Positions 10,127-19,558 of a DNA stretch of 64,000 nt are shown piece after piece. Where the stretch lies: the NCBI GenBank assembly GCA_902774285.1, contig CACYHO010000002.1, positions 27,023 to 91,022 on the forward strand, written 5' to 3'. The DNA is from an uncultured Pseudomonadota bacterium (GTDB taxonomy: Bacteria > Pseudomonadota > Alphaproteobacteria > Rs-D84). The notes below the pieces were generated by a model that was not told the DNA's origin, did no database searches, and saw only the letters and a program-made list of their open reading frames with translations. A program made the position numbers and the translations under genes. Numbering within the stretch: the first letter of the stretch is position 1; each line of letters opens with the position of its first letter.

Positions 10127-10150
10127 ATTCCCTTTGCCCGCACCAAAAAT
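10127..10150 (+). repeat. 24-nt perfect direct copy of the tRNA-Gly 3' end (att-like remnant)
   Basis: ATTCCCTTTGCCCGCACCAAAAAT occurs at 9964-9987, inside and just past the tRNA, and again at 10127-10150. No 5' acceptor half accompanies the second copy. Confidence 0.7.
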
Positions 10151-10152
10151 TC

Positions 10153-10180
10153 AACCGGCTTAAAAGCCGGTTTATTTTTT
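10153..10180. terminator. Bidirectional hairpin terminator
   Basis: AACCGGCT-TAAA-AGCCGGTT followed by TATTTTTT, with an A-rich tract on the other side. It sits at the 3' end of the 10179-10421 ORF. Confidence 0.55.
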
Positions 10181-10421
10181 ATCTTTGATAATTATTACGA
10201 ATAATATAAAACTTGCTTGATATGCTGCGCAAAACTTTTCTTGGTAAATTTGTATTTTTCAATTGTTTTAATAATTTATTTAACGCCGTCCATTCTCCAG
10301 GTTTCAACGTTTTGCTTTTTATATACGAATATATTTCTGCATATAATTCTTGGGCTGATTGTTCCTTGCCAGAAGAAGATGGATTAAAATAATCATATTT
10401 TGCTTTTTTGTCTTCATTCAT
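10179..10421 (-). CDS. Hypothetical small protein, 80 aa
   Basis: ORF directly downstream of the LysM gene and followed by a terminator. No motif recognised. Confidence 0.35.
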   Translation of the reverse strand: MNEDKKAKYDYFNPSSSGKEQSAQELYAEIYSYIKSKTLKPGEWTALNKLLKQLKNTNLPRKVLRSISSKFYIIRNNYQR

Positions 10422-10434
10422 GGCTAATCCTATT

Positions 10435-11565
10435 TTAGTTTTTTGTTGGTATTTGCAACAACTGTTTTGGAAAAATCAAATCAGGATTTGTTATATTATT
10501 ACGTTCTGCTATCATTGTGAACAATATGCCACGACGCAAGAAATTACGTGCAATTATCCACAAACAATCGCCACGACGCACAGTATAAAAAGTGTCGTCA
10601 TCGCCAGTCATTTCAGGCATAACAAATTGATGTTCAACATTTGCTATTGTGGTTCCTTCACCATCGTGTAAACGAATATTCAATTTATATTCTTTGCCGC
10701 TTTCTAATTTACCAATATCTGCACCAAGACCGAAGTTTTTATAATCTGATACACGTGCAAAACCGATATATTCATCATTTAAAGACAAAGACACACGTAA
10801 TCTTGGCAATGCTTTACCTGTCACAATCATACGACCATTTTCCAAATAATCTATTTTTGAAACGATTAAATCACCATCCATCAATTCCGGTGCCTGCATA
10901 ATCTTGCTGCCATTTTTAGTCATCAATAAGGATACAGAATTTTTATATCCACGTTCTGAAACATAAACAAATACAGAATCTTCAGATTTGATGTTTTTAT
11001 CTGAATCTATCAAACGAATAACATAATTGCCTGGCTTCAATGCTTCACTTGGTGCATATACGAATTCACCATCTTTATTTGTGTGTTCTGTCGCGACTAT
11101 TTTTTTATTAATCATAATTGATATATTTGATTCACGAACATTGCGACCAGCGATAATTATGTTTCCCGCCGCTTCAATACGAACCAAATCAAATGATGGG
11201 GTAGTGTGTGTTTCTGTATTTTTAACAGTTCTTACAATTGGTTCTGGAACAGATGGTGCGATCACTTTTACTGGTGCATTTATTCTGAACAACATAACCA
11301 ATACAGCAATCAAAACAACCAACAAAGCGCAAACAATCGGAAACCAATAATCACGCAAGACAGCACGATTTTTTGATTCTGTTGTTTTTACTTTTTTAAC
11401 AACATTTTTTTCGTTTTGTTCAGGCTTTTTAAACATATTAAATCTTTGCAAGAATTTACGTGTAAATGCACGACGGTTTTCTAACCAGTCTTGTTGACGA
11501 TTAACTGCGCCATCTATCAATTCATCTGTACTGCGTTTAGTTTTGCCGATATTAGTAGCTGCCAT
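10435..11565 (-). CDS. Membrane-anchored LysM peptidoglycan-binding protein
   Basis: One TM helix, WFPIVCALLVVLIAVLVMLF. C-terminal LysM motif YTVRRGDCLWIIARNF.......NITNPDLIFPKQLLQIP. Confidence 0.7.
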   Translation of the reverse strand: MAATNIGKTKRSTDELIDGAVNRQQDWLENRRAFTRKFLQRFNMFKKPEQNEKNVVKKVKTTESKNRAVLRDYWFPIVCALLVVLIAVLVMLFRINAPVKVIAPSVPEPIVRTVKNTETHTTPSFDLVRIEAAGNIIIAGRNVRESNISIMINKKIVATEHTNKDGEFVYAPSEALKPGNYVIRLIDSDKNIKSEDSVFVYVSERGYKNSVSLLMTKNGSKIMQAPELMDGDLIVSKIDYLENGRMIVTGKALPRLRVSLSLNDEYIGFARVSDYKNFGLGADIGKLESGKEYKLNIRLHDGEGTTIANVEHQFVMPEMTGDDDTFYTVRRGDCLWIIARNFLRRGILFTMIAERNNITNPDLIFPKQLLQIPTKN

Positions 11566-11635
11566 ATTTTATATCCCTAGGTTTAGTTTCTTTGACAAAA
11601 TTATTCCAAAAAATATTTATTTGTCAATGTTTTTA

Positions 11636-11644
11636 TGATATAAT
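11636..11644 (+). promoter_or_regulatory. Extended -10 promoter element (TGaTATAAT) upstream of pfkA
   Basis: TGATATAAT at 11636-11644, about 30 nt upstream of the ATG. An AGGAG Shine-Dalgarno lies at about 11663. Confidence 0.4.
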
Positions 11645-11673
11645 CATAAAGACTCAAAACGACAGGAGATATT

Positions 11674-12762
11674 ATGGTTCGCAAGAAAATAGGCATTATG
11701 ACAACAGGCGGAGATTGTTCGGGTTTAAACACCGTTGTTCAACGCATTGTAGATGGTTGTAAACTACGTAAATGGGATATTGTTGGAATAAAAGATGGGA
11801 CAGATGGGTTGTATTCCGTACCAGCCAAAACAGTTGATTTAACAAACGAAAGTTTTCAATTTGCTTCTTCGCATTTAGCGGGCAGTATTTTAGCGAACGG
11901 AAATGATGGTGCTGAAAATTTTGAATCGGCTGCACGTGCTGGAAAATTAGGCGCTTTTAATAAAAAATTACAAAAATCATTAAAAGATTTGAATCTGGAC
12001 GCTTTGGTGTTAATCGGCGGTAATGGATCATTGTCTTTGGCACATTTGTATAATGAAATTTATAACGGTTTACAATTAATTTGTATTCCAAAAACTATAG
12101 ACATGGATGTCCCATTAACAGACAGAACCATTGGTTTTGATACAGCAGTGCAACAACTGGTTTCTTATTGTGATCAATTATTATTAACAGCACGCAGTCA
12201 TCACCGTTGGTTTGTTGTGCAAACTATGGGACGCGATTGTGGTAATTTGGCATTACATGCCGGGGTTGCTACTGCTGCAGATGCAATATTAATTCCAGAA
12301 ATAAAATTTGATGTTGATAATTTGATTAAACATATAAAACAATCAAAACGCGATTATGGAATTATTATGGTATCCGAAGCAATTTCTATTCGTGGACATT
12401 CTGGCAAGGCTGCAGATATGATTTCACGCGCGTTAAACAATGCAAACATTCCAAATCGCACAGCATTTCCAGAATACATTCAAAGGGCAGGTGACACCGT
12501 AGCAAGCGACAGAATTTTGGCTGTTGGTTTTGCCGACACAGCATTAAAAGCCATTGAAAACAACGAAACAAATGTTATGACTGTTTTACAAGATGGCGAA
12601 TATAAAACTGTTTCTTTGTCAGATTTCTTTGCGGCTGGCAAGCAAGAAAAAGATCCACATATTATCGGTGCGATGACTTCTAATCGTTATGTAGAACCAG
12701 ATGATATATTATTACAAATCGCAACAGACATGGGAATATATATTGGTGAAAAACGGAAATAA
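11674..12762 (+). CDS. pfkA: 6-phosphofructokinase
   Basis: GIMTTGGDCSGLNTVV, LIGGNGS, IPKTIDMDV and MGRDCGNLAL motifs of the PFK family. ATP versus PPi specificity cannot be decided by eye. Confidence 0.88.
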   Translation: MVRKKIGIMTTGGDCSGLNTVVQRIVDGCKLRKWDIVGIKDGTDGLYSVPAKTVDLTNESFQFASSHLAGSILANGNDGAENFESAARAGKLGAFNKKLQKSLKDLNLDALVLIGGNGSLSLAHLYNEIYNGLQLICIPKTIDMDVPLTDRTIGFDTAVQQLVSYCDQLLLTARSHHRWFVVQTMGRDCGNLALHAGVATAADAILIPEIKFDVDNLIKHIKQSKRDYGIIMVSEAISIRGHSGKAADMISRALNNANIPNRTAFPEYIQRAGDTVASDRILAVGFADTALKAIENNETNVMTVLQDGEYKTVSLSDFFAAGKQEKDPHIIGAMTSNRYVEPDDILLQIATDMGIYIGEKRK

Positions 12763-12790
12763 AAAAACCGGGCAAACGCCCGGTTTTCTA
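12761..12790. terminator. Bidirectional terminator
   Basis: A7, then CCGGGC-AAAC-GCCCGG, then TTTTC. It lies between the convergent pfkA and the 12788-13195 ORF. Confidence 0.65.
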
Positions 12791-13195
12791 TTTTGTTAAT
12801 TGTCTTTTTGCTGCTGCAAACGCTATTTTTTGGCGTTCAATATTGTTAAAATCTTTAAGTATTTTATCAGCACCATTTTGTTTTATTTGTGTTTGAGTTT
12901 TATTTTCTATAATAATTGGTCTTTCTTTTGTTTCATCGTTAACCAATGCGTATGTTACAACCACAATGTCGCCACGACGTAAATCTTCTTCTTCTGAGCT
13001 AAGCCCACCAAGTTGAACCATCAAATCACCCCATACAGGAGAGTAACAATAAGCAAACTGTTTGTCCATTCTTGTGACAAGTTTATAAACAACTGCCTCT
13101 TGGTGCTTATTTTGAACAAATTTTTTTAACTTGGTTTCTTCTTTTGTAATATCGTATAAATCAGACATATTATGAACCTTTTTGTTTTTACACAA
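12788..13195 (-). CDS. Hypothetical protein
   Basis: 135-aa ORF. The start is more likely MSDLYD, about 13168. No motif recognised. Confidence 0.4.
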   Translation of the reverse strand: MCKNKKVHNMSDLYDITKEETKLKKFVQNKHQEAVVYKLVTRMDKQFAYCYSPVWGDLMVQLGGLSSEEEDLRRGDIVVVTYALVNDETKERPIIIENKTQTQIKQNGADKILKDFNNIERQKIAFAAAKRQLTK

Positions 13196-13226
13196 AAATC
13201 ATAAAACAAAATATTATATTGTCAAC

Positions 13227-13257
13227 AAAAAACCGGGCAAATGCCCGGTTTTGTTTT
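13227..13257 (-). terminator. Terminator downstream of dnaK
   Basis: CCGGGC-AAAT-GCCCGG flanked by A and T runs. It is almost the same hairpin as at 12768-12783. Confidence 0.65.
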
Positions 13258-13271
13258 AAGAAAGGAGGATT

Positions 13272-15164
13272 TTATTTTTCAGAAAAATCTGCATCTGTGG
13301 CACCTTTGTCTTCGCCAGATTCAGATTTAGATTCTTCCGCTTTTTGCGCTTCTTGGGCTGCTTTATAAACCGCTTCACCCAATTTCATCGCTTTTTCAGT
13401 CAAAGCATCTGTTTTTGCTTTCAAAGATTCAGCGGTTGCTTCGGCTTTTGCCAATTCGTCGCTTAACTCTTTTTTAGCATTTTCGATTGCTTCGCGTTCT
13501 TCGGCAGAAATCTTGTCACCATGTTCTTTCAAAGACTTTTCAATACTGAACACTGCTGTTTCTGCTGTATTTTTCGCTTCTGCCAATTCTTTTTTCTTTT
13601 TATCAGATTCAGCGTTAGCAGCGGCTTCATCAACCATACGTTTGATTTCTTCTTCGCTTAATCCACCGTCTGATTTAATTGAAATCGCTTGTTCTTTGCC
13701 CGTTCCTTTATCTTTTGCAGATACATGAACGATACCGTTTGCATCAATATCGAAAGATACTTCGATTTGAGGCATACCACGTGGGGCAGGTGCAATACCT
13801 TCCAAATTAAATTGACCAAGCAATTTATTGTCTGCAGCCATATCACGTTCGCCCTGGAATACGCGAATTGTTACGGCAGATTGGTTATCTTCGGCAGTAG
13901 AGAAGATCTGTGATTTTTTAGTTGGAATTGTTGTGTTTCTGTCAATCAATCTTGTGAACACACCACCCAATGTTTCAATACCAAGTGACAATGGTGTCAC
14001 ATCCAACAACAAAACGTCTTTGACTTCGCCTTTCAAAACACCACCCTGAATTGCAGCACCAAGGGCGACAACTTCATCTGGGTTAACACCTTTGTGTGGT
14101 TCTTTGCCAAAGAATTCTTTAACAGTTTCAACAACCTTTGGCATACGTGTTTGACCACCAACCAAGATAACTTCGTTGATTTGAGATGTTGTTAAACCAG
14201 CATCTTTCAAAGCTTTTTTGCAAGGTTCGATTGTCTTTTCAATCAAATCTTCAACCAAAGATTCCAATTTTGCACGCGTAAGTGTCGTGTTGAAATGTTT
14301 TGGACCTGTTGCATCAGCAGTCAAATAAGGCAAATTGATATCTGTTGATGTTTTAGAAGACAATTCAATTTTTGCCTTTTCTGCGGCTTCTTTTAATCTT
14401 TGCAACGCCAATTTATCATTTGATAAATCAATACCTGTTTGAGATTTGAATTCATCCATTAAATATTTCAAAACGCGTGCATCAAAGTCTGAACCACCCA
14501 ATGCAGTATCACCGTTTGTAGATTTAACTTCAAATACGCCGTCCACGATTTCCAAAATGGACACATCGAATGTACCACCACCAAGGTCATAAACAGCGAT
14601 AGTTCCATCTTTGTTTTTATCCAAACCATATGCCAAAGCAGCGGCAGTTGGTTCGTTAACAATACGCAAAACATTTAATCCTGCGATACGACCAGCGTCT
14701 TTTGTTGCCTGACGTTGAGAATCATTAAAATATGCAGGAACAGTGATAACAGCATCTGTAATTGTTTCGCCCAGATATGCTTCTGCGTCTTTCTTTAATT
14801 TAGATAAAATCATTGCTGAAATTTGAGAAGGTGCATATTTTTTACCTTCAATTTCAACCCATGCGTCACCGTTATCCCCGGCAACAATTTTATAAGGAAC
14901 GCGTTTTTGAATTTCTTTCACAGCAGGGCTATCAAAACGTAAACCCATTAAACGTTTAATTTCATAAATTGTGTTTTCTGGATTTGTGACTGCTTGATTC
15001 TTGGCAGTAATACCAACCAATTGATCGCCATTATTAGTAATAGCAACAACAGATGGGGTAGTACGTTGACCTTCGCTGTTTTCGATAATTTTTGGATCTG
15101 AACCGTCCATGAAAGCCATGGCGGAATTTGTTGTACCCAAATCAATACCTAATACTTTTGCCAT
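13272..15164 (-). CDS. dnaK: Molecular chaperone DnaK (Hsp70)
   Basis: [19 protein letters not shown] and [11 protein letters not shown]. Full-length, 630 aa. Confidence 0.98.
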   Translation of the reverse strand: MAKVLGIDLGTTNSAMAFMDGSDPKIIENSEGQRTTPSVVAITNNGDQLVGITAKNQAVTNPENTIYEIKRLMGLRFDSPAVKEIQKRVPYKIVAGDNGDAWVEIEGKKYAPSQISAMILSKLKKDAEAYLGETITDAVITVPAYFNDSQRQATKDAGRIAGLNVLRIVNEPTAAALAYGLDKNKDGTIAVYDLGGGTFDVSILEIVDGVFEVKSTNGDTALGGSDFDARVLKYLMDEFKSQTGIDLSNDKLALQRLKEAAEKAKIELSSKTSTDINLPYLTADATGPKHFNTTLTRAKLESLVEDLIEKTIEPCKKALKDAGLTTSQINEVILVGGQTRMPKVVETVKEFFGKEPHKGVNPDEVVALGAAIQGGVLKGEVKDVLLLDVTPLSLGIETLGGVFTRLIDRNTTIPTKKSQIFSTAEDNQSAVTIRVFQGERDMAADNKLLGQFNLEGIAPAPRGMPQIEVSFDIDANGIVHVSAKDKGTGKEQAISIKSDGGLSEEEIKRMVDEAAANAESDKKKKELAEAKNTAETAVFSIEKSLKEHGDKISAEEREAIENAKKELSDELAKAEATAESLKAKTDALTEKAMKLGEAVYKAAQEAQKAEESKSESGEDKGATDADFSEK

Positions 15165-15201
15165 AATTTTTACTCCTTAGATAAGTTTTTTCGCTTAATC
15201 G

Positions 15202-15236
15202 AAATATAGTTATAAAAAATATGGTTTCAAGGGGGT
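15202..15236 (-). promoter_or_regulatory. Possible sigma32-type heat-shock promoter of dnaK
   Basis: The minus strand reads CCCCCTTGAAA (15236-15225), a 15-nt spacer, then CTATATTT (15209-15202). The -35 fits the CCCTTGAA consensus well, but the -10 fits only partly. Confidence 0.35.
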
Positions 15237-15265
15237 AAAACCAAAATAATTATAAGTTTTTATTC

Positions 15266-15293
15266 AAAAGAAAAACCGCCCGTTTGGGCGGTT
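15266..15293 (-). terminator. Terminator downstream of rplY
   Basis: AACCGCCC-GTTT-GGGCGGTT hairpin, followed on the minus strand by a T-run. Confidence 0.65.
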
Positions 15294-15318
15294 TGATTTT
15301 AAATATCTTTGATTGATA

Positions 15319-15945
15319 TTATTTCTTTGCTGGTGCAGCAGCAGTTGCTGCAGCGGCAGCTTGTGGTTTTGCATCTGCTTCTTCTGGCATTTTACCACCG
15401 ATAGTAGCGAAAGCCAAATCTTCCATATGCAATCCCAATTTAATACCGGCAGGCAATACCAAATCAGAACCGTGAATTGTGTCACCAATTGTAACATCAG
15501 ACAAATCGATTGTAATTTTTTCTGGCATATCATCTACCAAACCAACCAAAGCAACTTTACGAACAGCAAAGTTCAAAACACCGCCCAATTTGATACCTTT
15601 GGAAATATCAGCATTGATAACTTCCACAGGAACAACAACATGAACAGGTTCTTTAACATTGATACGTTTAAAATCAACGTGAACAACTTTATCAGACACT
15701 GGATGATATTGAATATCCATCAACATAGCGTCTTCTTTGCCATTAGCAGTTGTAATTTCAAACAATTTTGTTCGCAATGATGGTTGTACCAACAACATAT
15801 TGAATTCGCGTCCATTCAATTCGATAGACACAGGTTCTTTCTTTTCGCCATAGATAACAGCAGGGATGTTTTGGTTCTTGCGAACTGCACGTGCGGCCCC
15901 CTTGCCAGCAACTTTGCGAATTTCAGCGTTTAATTTAATAGCCAT
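15319..15945 (-). CDS. rplY: 50S ribosomal protein L25 / general stress protein Ctc
   Basis: N-terminal KGAARAVRKNQNIPAVIYG. Two-domain Ctc-length protein of 208 aa with an Ala-rich tail. Confidence 0.9.
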   Translation of the reverse strand: MAIKLNAEIRKVAGKGAARAVRKNQNIPAVIYGEKKEPVSIELNGREFNMLLVQPSLRTKLFEITTANGKEDAMLMDIQYHPVSDKVVHVDFKRINVKEPVHVVVPVEVINADISKGIKLGGVLNFAVRKVALVGLVDDMPEKITIDLSDVTIGDTIHGSDLVLPAGIKLGLHMEDLAFATIGGKMPEEADAKPQAAAAATAAAPAKK

Positions 15946-16051
15946 TTTAAATCCTTTTTAATGGTTGTTTTTTTATGTTTGCATGACCTCCAAGGGTGTC
16001 ATGCGGGGTATATTATTTATCAAAAGCCGTGAAAAATCAAGTTTTTTGTGA

Positions 16052-16603
16052 TTATTTTTTGCGCAAGATTAAAAATCTGGCACGACCATATGTTTTATCA
16101 CGCAAAACATCCCAATATTCTGTTAAATCTGGCGCTTTTTGGATGTTTTCAAATTCCCAAATTAAAATCGCGCCACTTTTTGCGATTTTGCTTAATTTTT
16201 TTACAAACAATACGCCAAAATTAAAGTCCGGATAGGGCGGATCGACAAAGAACAAATCTGATATGCCACCAAATCTTGATATTGCGCCCAATGCGTCACA
16301 CATTTCAATCGTTGCGTTTTCGTTCACGGACACCAGATTCTTTTTTATTGTATCTATTGAATTTTTTGCATTGTCTGTAAACACCACCATTGGATTATTA
16401 AAACGCGATAAACATTCCAAACCAAATGCACCAGATCCGGCAAAAACATCCCAGACTGATATTGGTTTTGTTGTATCAATTATGCCATTTAACATGTTAA
16501 ACAGCGCACCACGCGCCAAATTTTGTGTAGGGCGCGCATCAATTGGCAGATTTAGTTTCTTGCCACGATATTTTCCCGAAATAATTTGCAAATTTGATTT
16601 CAT
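16052..16603 (-). CDS. rsmD: 16S rRNA (guanine966-N2)-methyltransferase
   Basis: GKYRGKKL...RPT, DVFAGSGAFGLECLSR and the FVDPPY motif. Confidence 0.85.
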   Translation of the reverse strand: MKSNLQIISGKYRGKKLNLPIDARPTQNLARGALFNMLNGIIDTTKPISVWDVFAGSGAFGLECLSRFNNPMVVFTDNAKNSIDTIKKNLVSVNENATIEMCDALGAISRFGGISDLFFVDPPYPDFNFGVLFVKKLSKIAKSGAILIWEFENIQKAPDLTEYWDVLRDKTYGRARFLILRKK

Positions 16604-16620
16604 AGTGTAAAGTTTACATT

Positions 16621-17076
16621 ATGAATTTTATGAATCAAGCATTTTTATTAGCAAAAAAAGCCCAATCCCATGGCGACGTGCCAATTGGGGTGGTTATTGT
16701 TCGCGACGGCAAAATAATTGCACGCGGGGAAAACAGGGTTCAAAAATCTAAAAATCCAACATTACACGCCGAAATTGTTGCAATCAACAAAGCCTGTAAG
16801 AAATTAAATGCTAAATTCTTGGACGGATGCGATTTATATGTGACATTGGAACCGTGTTCTATGTGTGCAACCGCGATTTCTTTTGCGCGCATAAAAAACA
16901 TTTATTTTGCAGCATGCGATGAAAAGGGTGGTGGAATAACCAGCAATGCAAAGATTTTTGAAAACGATAAACACCTTTGGAAACCAAATGTAATTCAAAT
17001 GCAAGAACATGCAGACAAATCCACAAAAATGCTTAAAGATTTTTTTGAAAATTTACGAAATAAAAAAGGTAAATAA
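16621..17076 (+). CDS. tadA: tRNA-specific adenosine deaminase
   Basis: Zinc-binding motifs of the CDA fold, HAEIVAI and PCSMCATAI. 151 aa. Confidence 0.9.
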   Translation: MNFMNQAFLLAKKAQSHGDVPIGVVIVRDGKIIARGENRVQKSKNPTLHAEIVAINKACKKLNAKFLDGCDLYVTLEPCSMCATAISFARIKNIYFAACDEKGGGITSNAKIFENDKHLWKPNVIQMQEHADKSTKMLKDFFENLRNKKGK

Positions 17077-17514
17077 ATGTCAACAGAACAAGAATATTTC
17101 TTAATAGAAAAAGAATATCTTATGAATGAAGAGGAAAAATGTTCGCTGATATCTTTAAATCCGCGCGACCAAAAACCTTTCTGTAAAGTGGTGTTTAACG
17201 TAAGATACACCAAAAATCCTTTTGGATTTGGATCCGTTATTAAACCAATTGAAAATAATGGATGGAACAGACTTTATAAATATAACGAACACAAATATGA
17301 TTACGTTATTGTTTTGGAAAAACATAAAAACAACCTAACTGTTTTCGGAAACAAAATCGGTGAACGTACTATAAAAATTGACAATGACTATACACATATA
17401 GAACGTGGTGATCATTTATTATTAGATACACATTATGACACTATCGTTCACAACGTTACACGTGCAAAAATGACATACAACATACAAAGATTAGCACGTT
17501 GCAAAGAAAAATAA
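17077..17514 (+). CDS. Hypothetical protein, 145 aa
   Basis: The start codon immediately follows the tadA stop. No motif recognised. Confidence 0.45.
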   Translation: MSTEQEYFLIEKEYLMNEEEKCSLISLNPRDQKPFCKVVFNVRYTKNPFGFGSVIKPIENNGWNRLYKYNEHKYDYVIVLEKHKNNLTVFGNKIGERTIKIDNDYTHIERGDHLLLDTHYDTIVHNVTRAKMTYNIQRLARCKEK

Positions 17515-17518
17515 TATT

Positions 17519-18985
17519 TTAAACCAAACTTTCACCGGTCATTTCGGCCGGTTTTTTTATACCCAATAATTTTAATATTGTTGGTGCAACATCACTTAAA
17601 CCGCCATCATGCGCCACAAAATGTTCGTTGGAAACCATTATAAAATTCACAGGGTTTGTTGTATGTGATGTTAATGGAACATTGTGTTCTTCGTCCCACA
17701 TTTGTTCTGCATTGCCATGATCTGCAATTATTAAAACACAACCGTCCAAATCAAGCACAGCAGGGACAATGCGCGATAATTGTTTGTCCAAACATTCCAT
17801 TGCTTTGATTGCCGCCTTTTCGTTTCCAGTATGTCCGACCATATCACCATTTGCAAAATTCAACAGCACAACATCAAACTTTGATAAACGCGGTAACAAG
17901 GCGTCAGTAATTTCATTTGCTGACATTTCTGGTTTCATATCAAAAGTTGCAACATCTGGTGATGGTATCAAAACTTTTTCTTCTTGGTCGTAATCTATAT
18001 TACGTTCTGCATCCATAAAATAGGTCACATGATTATATTTTTCTGTTTCTGCAATACGTAATTGCGTTTTACCATTTTTCGCCAAAATATCACCCAACGT
18101 ATTTGTTGTCTTTATGTCTGGTAAAAGCGCAGGGCAAACTTCGTCTAAACCTTCGCCGTATTGGGAAAAGCACAATATATGGCAACCATTTTCAACAACT
18201 TTACGCATAATTTGTCGTGCACGATCCGAACGATAATTACAGAATAAAAAGCCATCACGCGTTGTTAATTTTGTTGGTGTTATAACAGTCGGTTTTATAA
18301 ATTCATCAGTTTCGCCACGTGCATAAGCATCAGCCAATGCTGTATCTATATTATCTGCACGATATTCTGATTCGCCATTGGCAATCGCATCAAAAGCCAA
18401 TTCTGTTCTGTCCAGATTACTGTTACGATCCATCGCATAATAACGCCCGCAAATTGTTCCGAAAAACACAGCATTATTTTCAATTTCTGCACCCAATTCA
18501 GATTTTATTATATCAATATATTTCTGGGCAGATTGTGGTGGGGTATCGCGTCCGTCTGCAATAAAATGAATACATACATGTAAACCATTTTTTATAATGT
18601 ATTTAACCGCTTTTAATGTGTCTTCCAAATCTGCGTGAACGCGACCATCAGACATAAGGCCAGCAACATGGACAATTCCACCATCATCTTTGACAGATTT
18701 TATAAAACTGTTTAATGGTTTGTTTTTCGATAAATCTTCAATTTCAAATCTGCGTAAAAATTGATTAACTATACGACCAGAACCAATTGTTATATGGCCA
18801 ACTTCGGAATTGCCCATGATACCATCGGGCAAACCAACTGCATTTCCAGATGCACTTAATTTTGAATGCGGATATTTTTTTAATAAATTATCAAAAAAGG
18901 GCATATCAGCCAATGCTACTGCGTTATGCGACTTGTTATTATTTATACCAACACCATCTAAAATACACAAAACAATCGGTTTCAT
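17519..18985 (-). CDS. gpmI: 2,3-bisphosphoglycerate-independent phosphoglycerate mutase
   Basis: ILDGVGI, MGNSEVGHITIGSGR and ADHGNAE motifs. Confidence 0.92.
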   Translation of the reverse strand: MKPIVLCILDGVGINNNKSHNAVALADMPFFDNLLKKYPHSKLSASGNAVGLPDGIMGNSEVGHITIGSGRIVNQFLRRFEIEDLSKNKPLNSFIKSVKDDGGIVHVAGLMSDGRVHADLEDTLKAVKYIIKNGLHVCIHFIADGRDTPPQSAQKYIDIIKSELGAEIENNAVFFGTICGRYYAMDRNSNLDRTELAFDAIANGESEYRADNIDTALADAYARGETDEFIKPTVITPTKLTTRDGFLFCNYRSDRARQIMRKVVENGCHILCFSQYGEGLDEVCPALLPDIKTTNTLGDILAKNGKTQLRIAETEKYNHVTYFMDAERNIDYDQEEKVLIPSPDVATFDMKPEMSANEITDALLPRLSKFDVVLLNFANGDMVGHTGNEKAAIKAMECLDKQLSRIVPAVLDLDGCVLIIADHGNAEQMWDEEHNVPLTSHTTNPVNFIMVSNEHFVAHDGGLSDVAPTILKLLGIKKPAEMTGESLV

Positions 18986-19099
18986 ATTTCAATTTCTCCA
19001 TATATGCTAAGGGTATCATATATGTTTTTTCATTGCAAAATAAAAAGAAACGGTGTATAAATAATTCTATAAGAACTTTTTCTTACAAAAGGAATAAAT

Positions 19100-19516
19100 A
19101 TGGCACGCAAAGCAGGGCTTATTAATTCAGTAGATCATCACATTGCAAAACGTTTACAATTACGCCGTGTTATGTTGGGACTTACCCAAACAGATTTGGC
19201 ACATAAATGTGGTGTAAGTTTTCAACAGATTCAAAAATATGAAACTGCAGGGAATCGTATTCCTGCTGCGCGTTTATTTGATTTAAGTCAGGCATTAGAA
19301 ACATCTGTCGCTTTTTTCTTTTCTGGATTACCAGGTAATTTTCCACCAGAAACAAAAGCAATTCGTTCTATGCGCGTTTCAGATGCCAAAGAAGACGACC
19401 CGTTAAGCAAAAATGAATCTTTGCAATTGATTAATTTATATTGGAATTTACCATCAGATGCACAAAGAAAAACCGTTATGGATATGTTAAAATTATTAAA
19501 CGGTACAGATAAATAA
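19100..19516 (+). CDS. XRE-family helix-turn-helix transcriptional regulator
   Basis: LGLTQTDLAHKCGVSFQQIQKYETAGNRI is a classic Cro/C1-type HTH. Confidence 0.8.
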   Translation: MARKAGLINSVDHHIAKRLQLRRVMLGLTQTDLAHKCGVSFQQIQKYETAGNRIPAARLFDLSQALETSVAFFFSGLPGNFPPETKAIRSMRVSDAKEDDPLSKNESLQLINLYWNLPSDAQRKTVMDMLKLLNGTDK

Positions 19517-19542
19517 AAAAACGCCAAACTGGCGTTTTTTTA
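19515..19542. terminator. Bidirectional terminator
   Basis: A6, then ACGCCA-AAC-TGGCGT, then T7, between convergent genes. Confidence 0.7.
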
Positions 19543-19558
19543 TTTTGTAACAATATCT

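Noticed and set aside
10070-10146. A possible second tRNA ending at the duplicated ...TGCCCGCACCA.
   Set aside because: There is no matching 5' acceptor strand (GCGGGCA) and no D-arm or anticodon arm. Only the last 24 nt are tRNA-like.
9807-10154. A 115-aa minus-strand ORF and a 61-aa plus-strand ORF spanning the tRNA region.
   Set aside because: They overlap the tRNA-Gly gene, its terminator and the tRNA-fragment repeats, so they are almost certainly non-coding.
13513-15145. Several 60-75-aa ORFs within dnaK, with similar ones inside dnaE, secA, gpmI and the 816-aa gene.
   Set aside because: They are embedded in or antisense to highly conserved genes, and nothing supports them as coding.
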